This document shows, in pieces, positions 20,576-30,213 of a DNA stretch of 64,000 nucleotides. This DNA comes from Vicinamibacteria bacterium. Lineage in GTDB: Bacteria > Acidobacteriota > Vicinamibacteria > Marinacidobacterales > Marinacidobacteraceae. The translations under genes were made by a program, and so were the position numbers. Positions within the stretch are counted from its first letter, which is position 1; each line of letters begins with the position of its first letter. Location: positions 704,001 to 768,000 of the forward strand of contig OZ241322.1 of assembly GCA_965199715.1 (NCBI GenBank). The letters run 5' to 3'. The notes beneath the pieces were generated by a model, which was given only the letters and a program-made list of their open reading frames with translations, had not been told where the DNA came from and searched no databases.

Positions 20576-22955
20576 CGGCGCCGTGGTTCGCCCGGAGCCG
20601 CTTCAAGAGCGCGCGCCGGACCTTGGCGATGTCTTTGTCTCCCAGGGTGCGATTCGGGGCCTGGTACTGGACCGAGACGCCCAGCGAACGCTTGCCGCCG
20701 TCGAGCGGCCAGTCGTCGAAGATCCGCGCCGAGGCCACGAGCGGGTGGCTGCGGATCTCGCGGGCGATCTCGCCGGCGCGGACGCCGGGCTCGATCACGA
20801 GGGCGAAGTCCTCGAGCGCCGCGGGATGGCGCGACACGGGCTCGGCGGCGACCGGGCCGGCGAGGTCGGGACGCGCTCGCAGCAGCTCGGTCAGGTTCGC
20901 CTCCCAGTGGAACGCGGCGGCCACGAGGCCGAACTTCTCCGCGATGTCGGGATGGACCTGCCCGAGCGTCGCCACGCGGACCTTGCCGGTTCGCACCGAA
21001 GCGACGCGTCCCGGCACCCAGCCGAAGCCCTCCGCCGGCGCCCAGTCGGCGTCCACGCCGAGGCCGTCGAAGAGGCGTTCGAGCGCCGCCTTGGCGTCGA
21101 AGAAATCCATGTCCTCGCCGGGGCCGCCCCAGCGATCGAGCCGGACTCCGGCGACGAGTCCGGCGGCGATCTCCACCTCGCGGGGGCCGCCCGCGCCGCG
21201 CGGCGCCCAGACGCGGGAGACCTCGAAGAAACGGATCGACCGCGCTCCGAGGTCGAGGTTCCTGGCGGCCGCCCGGAAGAGGCCGGGGCCGAGCGACAGC
21301 CGCAGGCAGTCGCGCCCGGCGTTCAGCGGATTGCGCACCCGGTATGGGGCGTTCCGCTCCAGTTCGCCTTCGGGCGGCGCCGCCGCGAGGTCGTCCTGCG
21401 AGACGAGCGAGTATGTCTGGACCTCGCGCAGTCCGGCGGCGGCGAGGAGATCCCGCGTCCGCTCCCGGAGCGCCCGGGCCGGAAGCGGCGGCGGGCGCGG
21501 GATCGAGCCGATGAGCGGCTCGGCCGGGAGGTCGTCGTACCCCGTGACCCGGGCCACCTCCTCGACGAGGTCGTCCGGGAACCGCACGTCGCGCCGCCAC
21601 GGCGGGACGCCCACGTCGAGTTCCTCGCCCTCGTCCCTCACGTCGAACCCGAGCCCGGCGAGCGCCCCCTCGACGATCGCCCGGGGCGGGTCGAGACCGA
21701 GAACCTGCGGGACCCGCGACCGGCGGAGACGGACGCGCACCGGCGCCGACGGCTCGGGGTACGCGTCCACGAGCCCCGAAGCCACCCGGCCGCCGGCGTG
21801 CTCCTCCAGCAGGCGGCGGACCCGGGCGGACGCGATGGGCGCCATCTCCGGGGCCAGCCCCCACGCGAACCGCCGGGCGGCGTCCGACATGAGGTCGAAG
21901 GCGCGGGCCGTGCGGCGGACGTTCGCCGGGTGGAAATTCGCGACCTCGAGCAACACGTTGCGGGTGGAGTCGGTGATCTCGCTGTCGAGCCCGCCCATGA
22001 CCCCGGCCAGCGCGATCGAGCCGTTCCGGTCGGCGATCACCAGTCGTTCCGGATCCAGCCGCCGCTCCGCTCCGTCGAGGGTGACGAGCCGCTCGCCCGC
22101 CTCCGCCCGCCGGACGATCGCGTGGCGGTCGCGCACCGCGTCGGCGTCGAAGGCGTGGACCGGCTGCCCGGTCTCGAGCATCACGTAGTTGGTGACGTCC
22201 ACGAGGTTGTTGATGGGCCGCATCCCGGCGGCGGCGAGCCGCTCCGCCATCCAGGAGGGCGACGGCCCGAGCGTCACGTCCTCGATGAGCGCGAGCGTGA
22301 ACCGCCGGCAGAGATCGGGCGCGAGGATCTCAGCCGACGCCCGCCCCTCGACCGGCTCGCCCGCCGCCCGGACCTCGCCGGAAGGCGGCCGCAGCGACGC
22401 GCCGGTGAGCGCGGCGACTTCCCGGGCCACGCCGAGGACGGACAGCGCGTCGGCGCGGTTCGGGGTCAGGTCGAAGACCAGCACCCGGTCGCCGAGCACG
22501 TCGGCGAGCGGCGTTCCCGGAGCGCGGTCGGTGTCAAGCGCGAGGATGCCCTCGTGCTCGCCGGAGAGTCCAAGCTCGGCTTCCGAACAGACCATGCCGC
22601 CGGAGACGACGCCCCGGATGCGGGATTTCTTGAGCTTCCTTGGCTGGCCGGTGCGCGGATCGGCGAGCACCGCGCCCTCGCCGGCGAAGGCGATCGTCTG
22701 GCCCTCGGCCACGTTGGACGCCCCGCAAACCACGGTCTGCTCGCCGCCCCGCTCCACGGTCACGAGGCGCAGCCGATCGGCGTTCGGGTGCGGCTGGACC
22801 TTCAGCACCCGGCCCACGACGACGCCGTTCCATTCGGCGCCGACGCGCTCGATGGCGGTGACCTCGAGGCCGGCGAAGGTGAGGCGGCGAGCGAGGGCCT
22901 CCACGTCGTCCGGGAGATCCACGAGCTCCGAGAGCCAGCCGAGCGGGACGCGCAT
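20556..22955 (-). CDS. pheT: Phenylalanine--tRNA ligase beta subunit
   Basis: MRVPLGWL start, HPNADRL, TPNRADALS, DLVEEVAR, and a ferredoxin-fold anticodon-binding C-terminus. Confidence 0.95.
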
Positions 22956-22956
22956 C

Positions 22957-23946
22957 TCAGAACTGGGTGAGGAACCGCAGGTCGTTCTCGTAGAAGCGGC
23001 GGATGTCGCGGATCCCGTGCCGCAGCATCGCGATGCGCTCCACGCCGAGCCCGGCGGCGAACCCGGTGAAGACATCGGGGTCGTACCCCATGTTCGCGAG
23101 GATTTCGGGGTGGACCATGCCCGCTCCGAGGATCTCGATCCAGCCGTCGGGGCTGCTGATGGAGACCTCCACGCCCGGCTCCACGAATGGGAAGTAGTCG
23201 CAGCGGAAGCGGATCTCCCGCTCGCCGAAGAGCCGTCGCACGAACTGGTAGAGCGTCCCCTTGAGGTGTGCGAGGGTGAGGCCCCGGTCCACCGCGAGGA
23301 CCTCGGTCTGGGTGATCATCCACTCGTGGGTGGCGTCGGTCGCCTCGTTCCGGTAGGTGCGCCCGGGGGCGATCACCCGGACCGGCGGACCCCGCCGCTC
23401 CATGAAGCGGATCTGGTTCGGCGAGGTGTGGGTGCGCAGCAGCAGCGGCGCCTCCCCCTCCCCGGTCTCCAGATAGAACGTGTCCATGGAGTCCCGCGCC
23501 GGGTGGTCGGCGGGAATGCGCAGCGCGTCGAAGTTGTAGTACTCGGTCTCGACCTCGGGCCCCTCGACCACGTGGAAGCCCATGCCGGCGAAGGCGTCCA
23601 CGATCGCCCGCTCGGTCAGCGTGATCGGGTGGAGCCCGCCCTCGGGGAACGGGCGGCCCGGCAGGCTCACGTCGAGCGCGGCGAGCCGCTCGGTGCGGGC
23701 CGCCTTGAGGGCGTCGGCGCGCTCCTTGTGCGCCGTCTGGAGCGCGACCTTGAAGCCGTTCAGCCGCTGGCCCGCGCCGGCGCGCTCCTCACGGGGAAGG
23801 CGTCCCAGCGCGCGCAGGCTCTCGATGAGCCGCGACTTGCGGCCGAGGTGCGCGATCCGCCAGTCCTCGACCGCGGCCTCGTCGCTGAGCCCGGCCAGTT
23901 CGGCCACGGCCCGGCTGACTTCGGCTTCGGAGAGCGGATCGGGCAT
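22957..23946 (-). CDS. pheS: Phenylalanine--tRNA ligase alpha subunit
   Basis: HPARDSMDTFY, LLRTHTS, YFPFVEP and GLGVERIAML motifs. Confidence 0.97.
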   Translation of the reverse strand: MPDPLSEAEVSRAVAELAGLSDEAAVEDWRIAHLGRKSRLIESLRALGRLPREERAGAGQRLNGFKVALQTAHKERADALKAARTERLAALDVSLPGRPFPEGGLHPITLTERAIVDAFAGMGFHVVEGPEVETEYYNFDALRIPADHPARDSMDTFYLETGEGEAPLLLRTHTSPNQIRFMERRGPPVRVIAPGRTYRNEATDATHEWMITQTEVLAVDRGLTLAHLKGTLYQFVRRLFGEREIRFRCDYFPFVEPGVEVSISSPDGWIEILGAGMVHPEILANMGYDPDVFTGFAAGLGVERIAMLRHGIRDIRRFYENDLRFLTQF

Positions 23947-23989
23947 GGGCCGGGGCGCGGAGTATAGGGCGCGATAAGTTGGGGTCTGG

Positions 23990-25132
23990 ATGCCCCGATT
24001 CCGCTACCCGACGTCCCTGATCGCCGATGCCGAAGGGGAGTACGCCCGTGCGGTCCGTGAGTTCGCGACCGCGGAAATCGCGCCGGAGAGCCGCGAGATG
24101 GAGCGGGCGGGACGCATCCCGGAGTCCATGATCGCCCGTCTGACCGACTTCGGGATCTTCGGCGTGACCGTCCCTGAATCGTTCGGCGGCGCGGGGTTCG
24201 ATTTCTTCCACCTCGTGCTCACCGTGGAGGAGCTCGCCCGCGCCGACGCCTCGGTTGCGCTCCTTGCCGACGTCCACGGCACGCTCGTGGTGAAGGCACT
24301 ACAGCAGTTCGGGACCCAAGCTCAGCGGGACGAGTTCCTCCCGCAGCTCGCCGGGGGGCGGATCGGCGCGTTCTCGCTCTCGGAGGCCGAGTCCGGCAGC
24401 GACGCCTTCGCGCTTCGGGCCACCGCGAGGGCGGCGGATGGCGGCTTCGTCCTGAACGGGGCCAAGTCATGGGTCTCCGGGGGCCGGGAGGCCGGGGTCT
24501 TCCTCGTCTTTGCCCGCGCCCCCGAGGGCGTGAGCGGGTTCCTCGTGGACATCGAGACGGCCGGGCTGCGGCTGGGGCCGCCCGAGGACAAGGTCGGACT
24601 GCGGGCGTCCTCGACCGTGCCGCTCTACCTCGACGACTGCTTCGTCCCGGCCAGCCGGGTTCTCGGTCGTCCGGGTCAGGGCCGCCGCATCGCGCTCGCG
24701 CTGTTGAACGAGGGCCGCATCGGAATCGCGGCCCAACTGGTCGGGATCGGACAGGCGGCGCTTGATCTGGCGCTTGCGCACGCCGTGGAGCGCCGGGCGT
24801 TCGGCCGGCCCATCTTCGGTTTTCAGGGGGTCTCGTTCGCGCTCGCCGACGCCGCCACCCGGCTCGAGAGCGCCCGGGTGCTGACGTGGAACGCGGCGCG
24901 GCTCGTGGACGAGGGCGGGAACCCGCATCGGGCGGCGGCGATGGCGAAGCTGACGGCGCAGCGCATGGCCGAGTGGGTCACGTCGCTCGCGGTGGAGGTG
25001 CTCGGCGGCGTCGGCTACACGACCGCGTCGCTCGCCGAAAAGCTCTGGCGGGACGCGAAGGCGGGGACGATCTACGAAGGCACGGCGAACATGCAGCTCA
25101 TGACCATCGCCCACACGCTGCGGCGCGGCTGA
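23990..25132 (+). CDS. Acyl-CoA dehydrogenase
   Basis: FSLSEAESGSD, LNGAKSWV, RAFGRPI and IYEGTANMQ motifs. Confidence 0.92.
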   Translation: MPRFRYPTSLIADAEGEYARAVREFATAEIAPESREMERAGRIPESMIARLTDFGIFGVTVPESFGGAGFDFFHLVLTVEELARADASVALLADVHGTLVVKALQQFGTQAQRDEFLPQLAGGRIGAFSLSEAESGSDAFALRATARAADGGFVLNGAKSWVSGGREAGVFLVFARAPEGVSGFLVDIETAGLRLGPPEDKVGLRASSTVPLYLDDCFVPASRVLGRPGQGRRIALALLNEGRIGIAAQLVGIGQAALDLALAHAVERRAFGRPIFGFQGVSFALADAATRLESARVLTWNAARLVDEGGNPHRAAAMAKLTAQRMAEWVTSLAVEVLGGVGYTTASLAEKLWRDAKAGTIYEGTANMQLMTIAHTLRRG

Positions 25133-25135
25133 GGG

Positions 25136-26572
25136 TCAGGCCGGCCAGAGGCGGCGGGCGGTCTCGCGGATTCGGTCCCAAGCTCCGAGGACATGCTCCT
25201 CGCGAGTGTTCGTCTGGGCCACCACCATCCGAAGCGCGATCCCGCGGGCCGTCTTGGTGTGGGTCAGGTAGAGAGCGCCGGAGCGGTTCAGCTCCTCGAC
25301 CAGCGCGAGGTTCCGCGCATCGGAGTCGTCCGTCCGGTAGCGGAACGTCACGTGGTTGAGGGGAGCGGGGGCCACGATCTCGAAGTCGTCCGCCGCCTCG
25401 ACCAGCTCGCGGAAGCGCTGGCCCAGCCGGATGTGCTCGCGGATGTGGTGGCGGAGCCCCTCCGCGCCGTAGTGCCGCAGCACCATCCACAGCTTGAGCG
25501 CCCGGAACCGGCGACCGAGCGGAATGTGCCAGTCGCGGTAATCCCAGACTTCGCCCGCCTCCGAGGCCCGATTCCGAAGGTACTCGGGGGTGACCGAGAG
25601 GGTCTCGGTGATTGCGCTCCGATCAGCGACGAAGAACGCGTCGCAGTCGAAGTTGGTGAACATCCACTTGTGCGGGTTGAAGCACCACGAGTCGGCCAAC
25701 TCGACCCCGTCCTGAAAGTGCCGGTGCTCGGGACACAGGAACGCGGCGCCGGACATCGCCGCGTCCACGTGCACCCAGACGCCGTGCTCGCGGGCGATTG
25801 GCGCGAGCCGCCGCAACGGATCGAAGGCTCCGGTCGAGGTCGTGCCGAGCGTCACCAGCAGGAAGCACGGCTTCCGGCCGGCGGCGACATCCTCCCGAAC
25901 GAGCTTTGCGAAGGCGTCCGCCCGAGCGGCCCCGGTCCACGGATCGACCGGGATGTCGCGCAGGAAGTCGCTGCCGAGGCCCGCGATCCGCACGCCCTTC
26001 AGCAGCGACGAGTGAGATTCCTGCGAGCCGTAGGCGGCGAGCGGCTCGCGAACGCCAAGGCGGTTGGCCGAGTATCCGGTCGCCCGCTCCCGCGCCGCGA
26101 GAAGCGCCGTGAGGGTCGAGGACGATGCGGTGTCCTGAATCACGCCGCCGCCCGTGCCGTCGGAGCGGAAGGCGGCCGGCAAACCGAGGAGATCGACCAG
26201 CCAGTCGAGGACATGGGTCTCCAGCTCGGTGCAGGCCGGGCTCGTCGCCCAGAGCATGCCCTGCACTCCGAGGCCGGCGGAGACCAGCTCGCCGAGAACC
26301 GACGGGCCGGAGTTGTTCGACGGGAAATAGGCGTAGAAGTTCGGGGACTGCCAGTGCGTGATTCCCGGCATCACGACGCGGTCAAGGTCGGCGAGCACCG
26401 CATCGAACGGCTCGCCCCGCTCCGGCGCGTTCGCCGGCAGCCGCGAGCGAATCTCCCCCGGAGCCACCTCGGAGCGGACCGGAAATCGCTCGACCTCGCG
26501 CCAGTACCGGGCGATCCAGTCCAGCGCCGCCCGCCCGTTCCGGACGAACTCCTCCGGCGAGAGGTGGTCCAT
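25136..26572 (-). CDS. PLP-dependent aromatic L-amino acid decarboxylase (DOPA/tryptophan decarboxylase family)
   Basis: PGITHWQSPNFYAYFP, SPACTELE, HVDAA, NPHKW (PLP lysine) and IPLGRRFRALKLW motifs. Confidence 0.9.
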   Translation of the reverse strand: MDHLSPEEFVRNGRAALDWIARYWREVERFPVRSEVAPGEIRSRLPANAPERGEPFDAVLADLDRVVMPGITHWQSPNFYAYFPSNNSGPSVLGELVSAGLGVQGMLWATSPACTELETHVLDWLVDLLGLPAAFRSDGTGGGVIQDTASSSTLTALLAARERATGYSANRLGVREPLAAYGSQESHSSLLKGVRIAGLGSDFLRDIPVDPWTGAARADAFAKLVREDVAAGRKPCFLLVTLGTTSTGAFDPLRRLAPIAREHGVWVHVDAAMSGAAFLCPEHRHFQDGVELADSWCFNPHKWMFTNFDCDAFFVADRSAITETLSVTPEYLRNRASEAGEVWDYRDWHIPLGRRFRALKLWMVLRHYGAEGLRHHIREHIRLGQRFRELVEAADDFEIVAPAPLNHVTFRYRTDDSDARNLALVEELNRSGALYLTHTKTARGIALRMVVAQTNTREEHVLGAWDRIRETARRLWPA

Positions 26573-26580
26573 CCGAACGC

Positions 26581-26910
26581 TCAGCCGCGGGGCAGCTCGT
26601 CGATCCGCGCCGCGAGGATGAAGTCGCTCTCGGTGAGGCCGTTGATCTTGTGGGTCCAGATGGTGACCCCCACCTTGCCCCACGCGACGAGCAGATCAGG
26701 ATGGTGCCCCTCGCTCTCGGCGAGTTCGCCGATCCGGTTGGCGAACCCGAGGGCGCTCATGAAGTCAGGAAACACGAACGTCTTCCCGATGTCGTGGTGG
26801 TCCCGATGCGACCACCCGTCCACTTGAGCGAGGTAGCCCTCGACCTCCGAGGGCGAAAGGGGCGGAACGCCGCCCCGACAAGGAACGCAGTGCTTCTGGG
26901 AGAGGGTCAT
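26581..26910 (-). CDS. phhB: Pterin-4a-carbinolamine dehydratase
   Basis: CVPCRGG, EGHHPDL and THKINGLTESDFILAARID motifs. Confidence 0.9.
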   Translation of the reverse strand: MTLSQKHCVPCRGGVPPLSPSEVEGYLAQVDGWSHRDHHDIGKTFVFPDFMSALGFANRIGELAESEGHHPDLLVAWGKVGVTIWTHKINGLTESDFILAARIDELPRG

Positions 26911-26940
26911 GGTCGGGGAATTATGCGCGTCCGGTGCAGT

Positions 26941-27591
26941 TCAGGCAGCGCGGAGCACGGTCCGGAACGTGACGGACACTCGCCGCTGGCGCGTTCGTCT
27001 CACACCGCCGCGGGGGTCGGTCTTCCGCCCGGCGATCCCGTGGGTCCAGAGCGTGCGCGACAAACCCTGAAGCACGAGCAGCGACCCGACTTCAAGGAGG
27101 GGCTCGATCTTCTCTCTCCGGCTGGGGTCGGCGAGCTGCATCGGCCAGGCGTCCCCCAACGAGATGGTCGCCAGGGACGGTCCAAGGCAGTCCCGGTCCA
27201 CGTGCGGCGAAATCCCCTGATTCTCGACGGACTCGTTGACGATCACTTGGTCCGGCGGCCGATCGAACCATCCACACTCGTGCAGTCGGGCGGCCATGTC
27301 GAAGAGATAGTCGGGCAGCGGCTCGATCCGCATGTCCTCCCGGATGAACCGCGACGAGTAGTCGTATCTCCAGCCATAGTGCTGGACTCGCCGCTTCAGT
27401 TCCGTCGCCCACGGCTGTGCGTCAATGGCCGCAAGGAGATGGCCGCAAGCCTCGCCGCCGAGGAATTCAGGCTCGTAGATCGCCCCAATCCGACGCAGAC
27501 GCTCCCACTCCGTGGCAGGCGGGGCGACGGTGATCCCGCTGCCGAACAGCGGACGGGGCGCGTGGGCCGCGGCGAGAGCGCGATCAGGAAT
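26941..27591 (-). CDS. AlkB-family 2OG-Fe(II) dioxygenase; probable non-canonical ATT start (or lost ATG)
   Basis: The frame stays open upstream of ATG 27333 and encodes KRRVQHYGWRYDY; GISPHVD, HGI and RRVSVTFR motifs; the ATT at 27591 aligns with the ATG at 28977 in the direct repeat. Confidence 0.75.
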   Translation of the reverse strand: MPDRALAAAHAPRPLFGSGITVAPPATEWERLRRIGAIYEPEFLGGEACGHLLAAIDAQPWATELKRRVQHYGWRYDYSSRFIREDMRIEPLPDYLFDMAARLHECGWFDRPPDQVIVNESVENQGISPHVDRDCLGPSLATISLGDAWPMQLADPSRREKIEPLLEVGSLLVLQGLSRTLWTHGIAGRKTDPRGGVRRTRQRRVSVTFRTVLRAA

Positions 27592-27673
27592 CCGGTCGGG
27601 AGAACCTAGCCGCTGACGAGCGCTTCACCGGAAGCGATCCAGCGTGAACATCGGCTCCTTCTCCCGGTCGCCG
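27533..27673. repeat. Diverged 141-bp direct repeat, copy 1
   Basis: Ungapped match to 28919-29059, about 21 mismatches counted by hand (about 85% identity). Confidence 0.9.
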
Positions 27674-27736
27674 GCGGTTGGATCGAGCGGCGCCCACTTG
27701 CACCCACGGGATGGCGGGCTGACGCGGGCTCCACGA

Positions 27737-28249
27737 TCACGTTCCCGGGGGCGGAACCACTTCCTCCACCACATCCGCGGGTATCCCGATCAGGAGCAGC
27801 GGACAGGGGTTCCCGACGCCGCGGCTGACGACGACCCCCACGCTGATCGCTCCATCGGCATGGAGGCGCTGGAAGTTGTCGAGGTCCCGGTCGAAGAAGG
27901 GGTCCTTGTTGTTCCACTCGATCTCCAACGCGAGGCGTGCGAGGTCCGCTTTGCGCACGTGATCGATCTCGTGCGAGGTCGCCGATCGCTGCTTTCCGTC
28001 AATGATCGTCTTGATCTGGAACCGATGCTTTTCCCAGCCGCGGCCCGCAAGGGCCTTCCGAAGCCGCTGCGTGACCTTGGCCTCGCCGCCACCGCCCTGG
28101 ATCAGTTCGGTGTCCGGGATGCGCAGCCCGAGGAGCTCGTCGCACACCTCACAGAGTGCCTCCGGGAAGTCCTGCGCGAGGATCGCGCTCGCATGGTTCT
28201 CGGTGCGTACGTCGAATCCGGCCTGCCTGAGATCGTCCAGATTCTTCAC
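27737..28249 (-). pseudogene. BglII/BstYI-like type II restriction endonuclease, apparently internally deleted
   Basis: GGGGEAKVTQRLR, SHEIDHV and LEIEWNNKDPFFDRDL (ExE catalytic motif); jumps directly from VVVSRG to the terminal VGNPCPLLLIGIP. Confidence 0.7.
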
Positions 28250-28977
28250 CGGGACGCGACCGCCGAGTTGCGCACGTAGGTGGGCCAGTCCGGGCGGTAG
28301 TCGGACGACGCCTGATCGCCCCAAACCGTCCAGTTGGGTCGGACACCGCGACCGAAGAGTTCCAGGTACGGCCCCCAGCTACACGCTTCGATCACGCGGT
28401 ACTGCTCGTCGGGCTTCCGGGAGTGCTCGCGCTTTCGGTTTGCGATCAGGTTCACCTGACTGCGACCCGGCGGAAGGGTCCGGGCGCTCTTGCCGCGAAC
28501 TCCGAAGAGCACGAGCTCGGTGACGTTGCGGAAGCAGAAACCGACGCCCCGCCCGTCGGAGCCTCCGTCCTGCCGGACCTTGTGCCACACGAGATTCGTC
28601 TTGTACTGGAACCCCCATGCGGCCAGCACTTCGAGACCCCAAGGAAGCAGCGCGTTCGGCGCCCAGAGATAGCAGTGCGCGCTGTCCTCAAGGTATCGCT
28701 CAACGGGCAGTCCGGCGATCTCCTCAAGCGTCAACGTTCCGTACCGGGCCAAACGGCGGTGTTCGGGAGCAACCTTCCCGGTCCGGTTGGCGAAACGCCA
28801 CGGCGGATCGGCGAGGATCGTCCCGAACCGGTGGCCGTCAAGAAAGGCGCTCAGGGACTCTGAGGGCGTTGACGCCTCCGGTGTAGGAACGGGCGCGGCC
28901 CTGCGGGACTCCACGGGCATCCCGCTGTCGAACAGCGGACGGGGCGCGTTCGCCGCGGCTAGAGCGCGATCAGGCAT
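28246..28977 (-). CDS. MT-A70 family adenine methyltransferase
   Basis: ILADPPWRF, WGFQYKTNLVWHK, HSRKP and YLELFGR motifs; overlaps the nuclease start (GTGA). Confidence 0.9.
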   Translation of the reverse strand: MPDRALAAANAPRPLFDSGMPVESRRAAPVPTPEASTPSESLSAFLDGHRFGTILADPPWRFANRTGKVAPEHRRLARYGTLTLEEIAGLPVERYLEDSAHCYLWAPNALLPWGLEVLAAWGFQYKTNLVWHKVRQDGGSDGRGVGFCFRNVTELVLFGVRGKSARTLPPGRSQVNLIANRKREHSRKPDEQYRVIEACSWGPYLELFGRGVRPNWTVWGDQASSDYRPDWPTYVRNSAVASR

Positions 28978-29059
28978 CCGTTCCCGAAATCGTACCCGTT
29001 GGCGGACGGTTCACTGCAAGCGATCCAGCGTGAACGTCGGTTCCTTCTCCCGGTCGCCG
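28919..29059. repeat. Diverged 141-bp direct repeat, copy 2
   Basis: Covers the oxidoreductase 3' end, the spacer and the first ~20 codons of the methyltransferase; matches 27533-27673. Confidence 0.9.
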
Positions 29060-30213
29060 AGCGCCATGCCCGCGACCATCTCGCCGAGGGCGGGGCCGAG
29101 CTTGTAGCCATGCCCCGAGCCTCCGCCGACGATCCATGCGTTGTCCGCGCCGGGGTGGGTATCCACGATGAGATCGCCGTCGGCGCTCTGCTCGTATTGG
29201 CAGACGCGGGCTTCAAGGAGCGGCGCGCCGGCCATTCCGGGGAAGCGCATCTCCATGAACGCACGGGCCCCTCTCGCCCCGCCCGCCGAGGGCGTCCGGT
29301 CGCCGGAGGTTGGGTCGAACGGCTCGCCCCGGCGGTCGTCGGCCAGCTTGAAGCCCCGGTAGTCGCTGCCCGGCACGCCGTAGAAGCCGGATCCGCTCAT
29401 GATCCACGTGGGCAGCACGAGGTCGGTCAGTTCGCGTCGGCCCGGCGGCGTGCCGAAGTAGAAGACCTCCTGCCGCGTTGGCCGCACGAGCGGAGCGTCG
29501 AACTCCGGGAAGAGCGCACCGAGCCAAGGCCCGGCGGCGAACACGTAGCGGTCCGCCTCGAGCGAGCTCCCGTCGGAAAGCGTCACCGCGCCCATCCGCC
29601 CGCCGGCGACCGCGCCGGGCGCGACCTCCGCCTGACGGTAGTCGCCGCCTTCAGCGAGGAACGCTTGGAGCACCCGCTGGCAGCCCTGCCGCGCCAGCAG
29701 GTATCCGGCCTCCGGTTCGAAGGAGCAGAAGTCCACGCCTTCCGGATGGATCTGCGGGTAGCGGCGCCGGAGTTCGTCTCGCCCAAACTCCTCGACGGGC
29801 ACGCCCAAGTCCCGTAGGACCTCCGCCGAGTCCCGGATGCGCACCCGGCCCGCCTCGCCACTCATGCGAAGGAGGCCCGTCGGGAAGAAGAGCCGGGTTC
29901 CCCAAGCGGCCTCGCTCTCCCGCCAGAGCGCGAGCGCCCGAACGACCATCTCGGAGTAGAGCCGCTGCCTTCCGTAGCTGGCCCGGATCAACCGGGTCTC
30001 GCCGCCGGAACTCGCCCGTGAGTTGCCCGGCCCCCACGCGTCGAGGAGAGTGACCTCGGCGCCGGAGCGGAGGAGGTGGAGCGCCGTCCACCCACCGAAC
30101 GCCCCCGCGCCGACGACGACCACCCGCGCCCGTGAGAGCCGGAGACCCATGGCCTCTCGCCGGGAAACGCGATCCCCAGCCATCAGCGCGCCTAGAGCGT
30201 CGCTTCCTTCCAC
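29011..30213 (-). CDS. FAD-dependent oxidoreductase, sarcosine oxidase (MSOX/MTOX)-like; exact start uncertain
   Basis: VVVGAGAFG, SSGGETRLIR, CQYE and GGGSGHGYKLGPALGE motifs. Confidence 0.88.
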   Translation of the reverse strand: MEGSDALGALMAGDRVSRREAMGLRLSRARVVVVGAGAFGGWTALHLLRSGAEVTLLDAWGPGNSRASSGGETRLIRASYGRQRLYSEMVVRALALWRESEAAWGTRLFFPTGLLRMSGEAGRVRIRDSAEVLRDLGVPVEEFGRDELRRRYPQIHPEGVDFCSFEPEAGYLLARQGCQRVLQAFLAEGGDYRQAEVAPGAVAGGRMGAVTLSDGSSLEADRYVFAAGPWLGALFPEFDAPLVRPTRQEVFYFGTPPGRRELTDLVLPTWIMSGSGFYGVPGSDYRGFKLADDRRGEPFDPTSGDRTPSAGGARGARAFMEMRFPGMAGAPLLEARVCQYEQSADGDLIVDTHPGADNAWIVGGGSGHGYKLGPALGEMVAGMALGDREKEPTFTLDRLQ

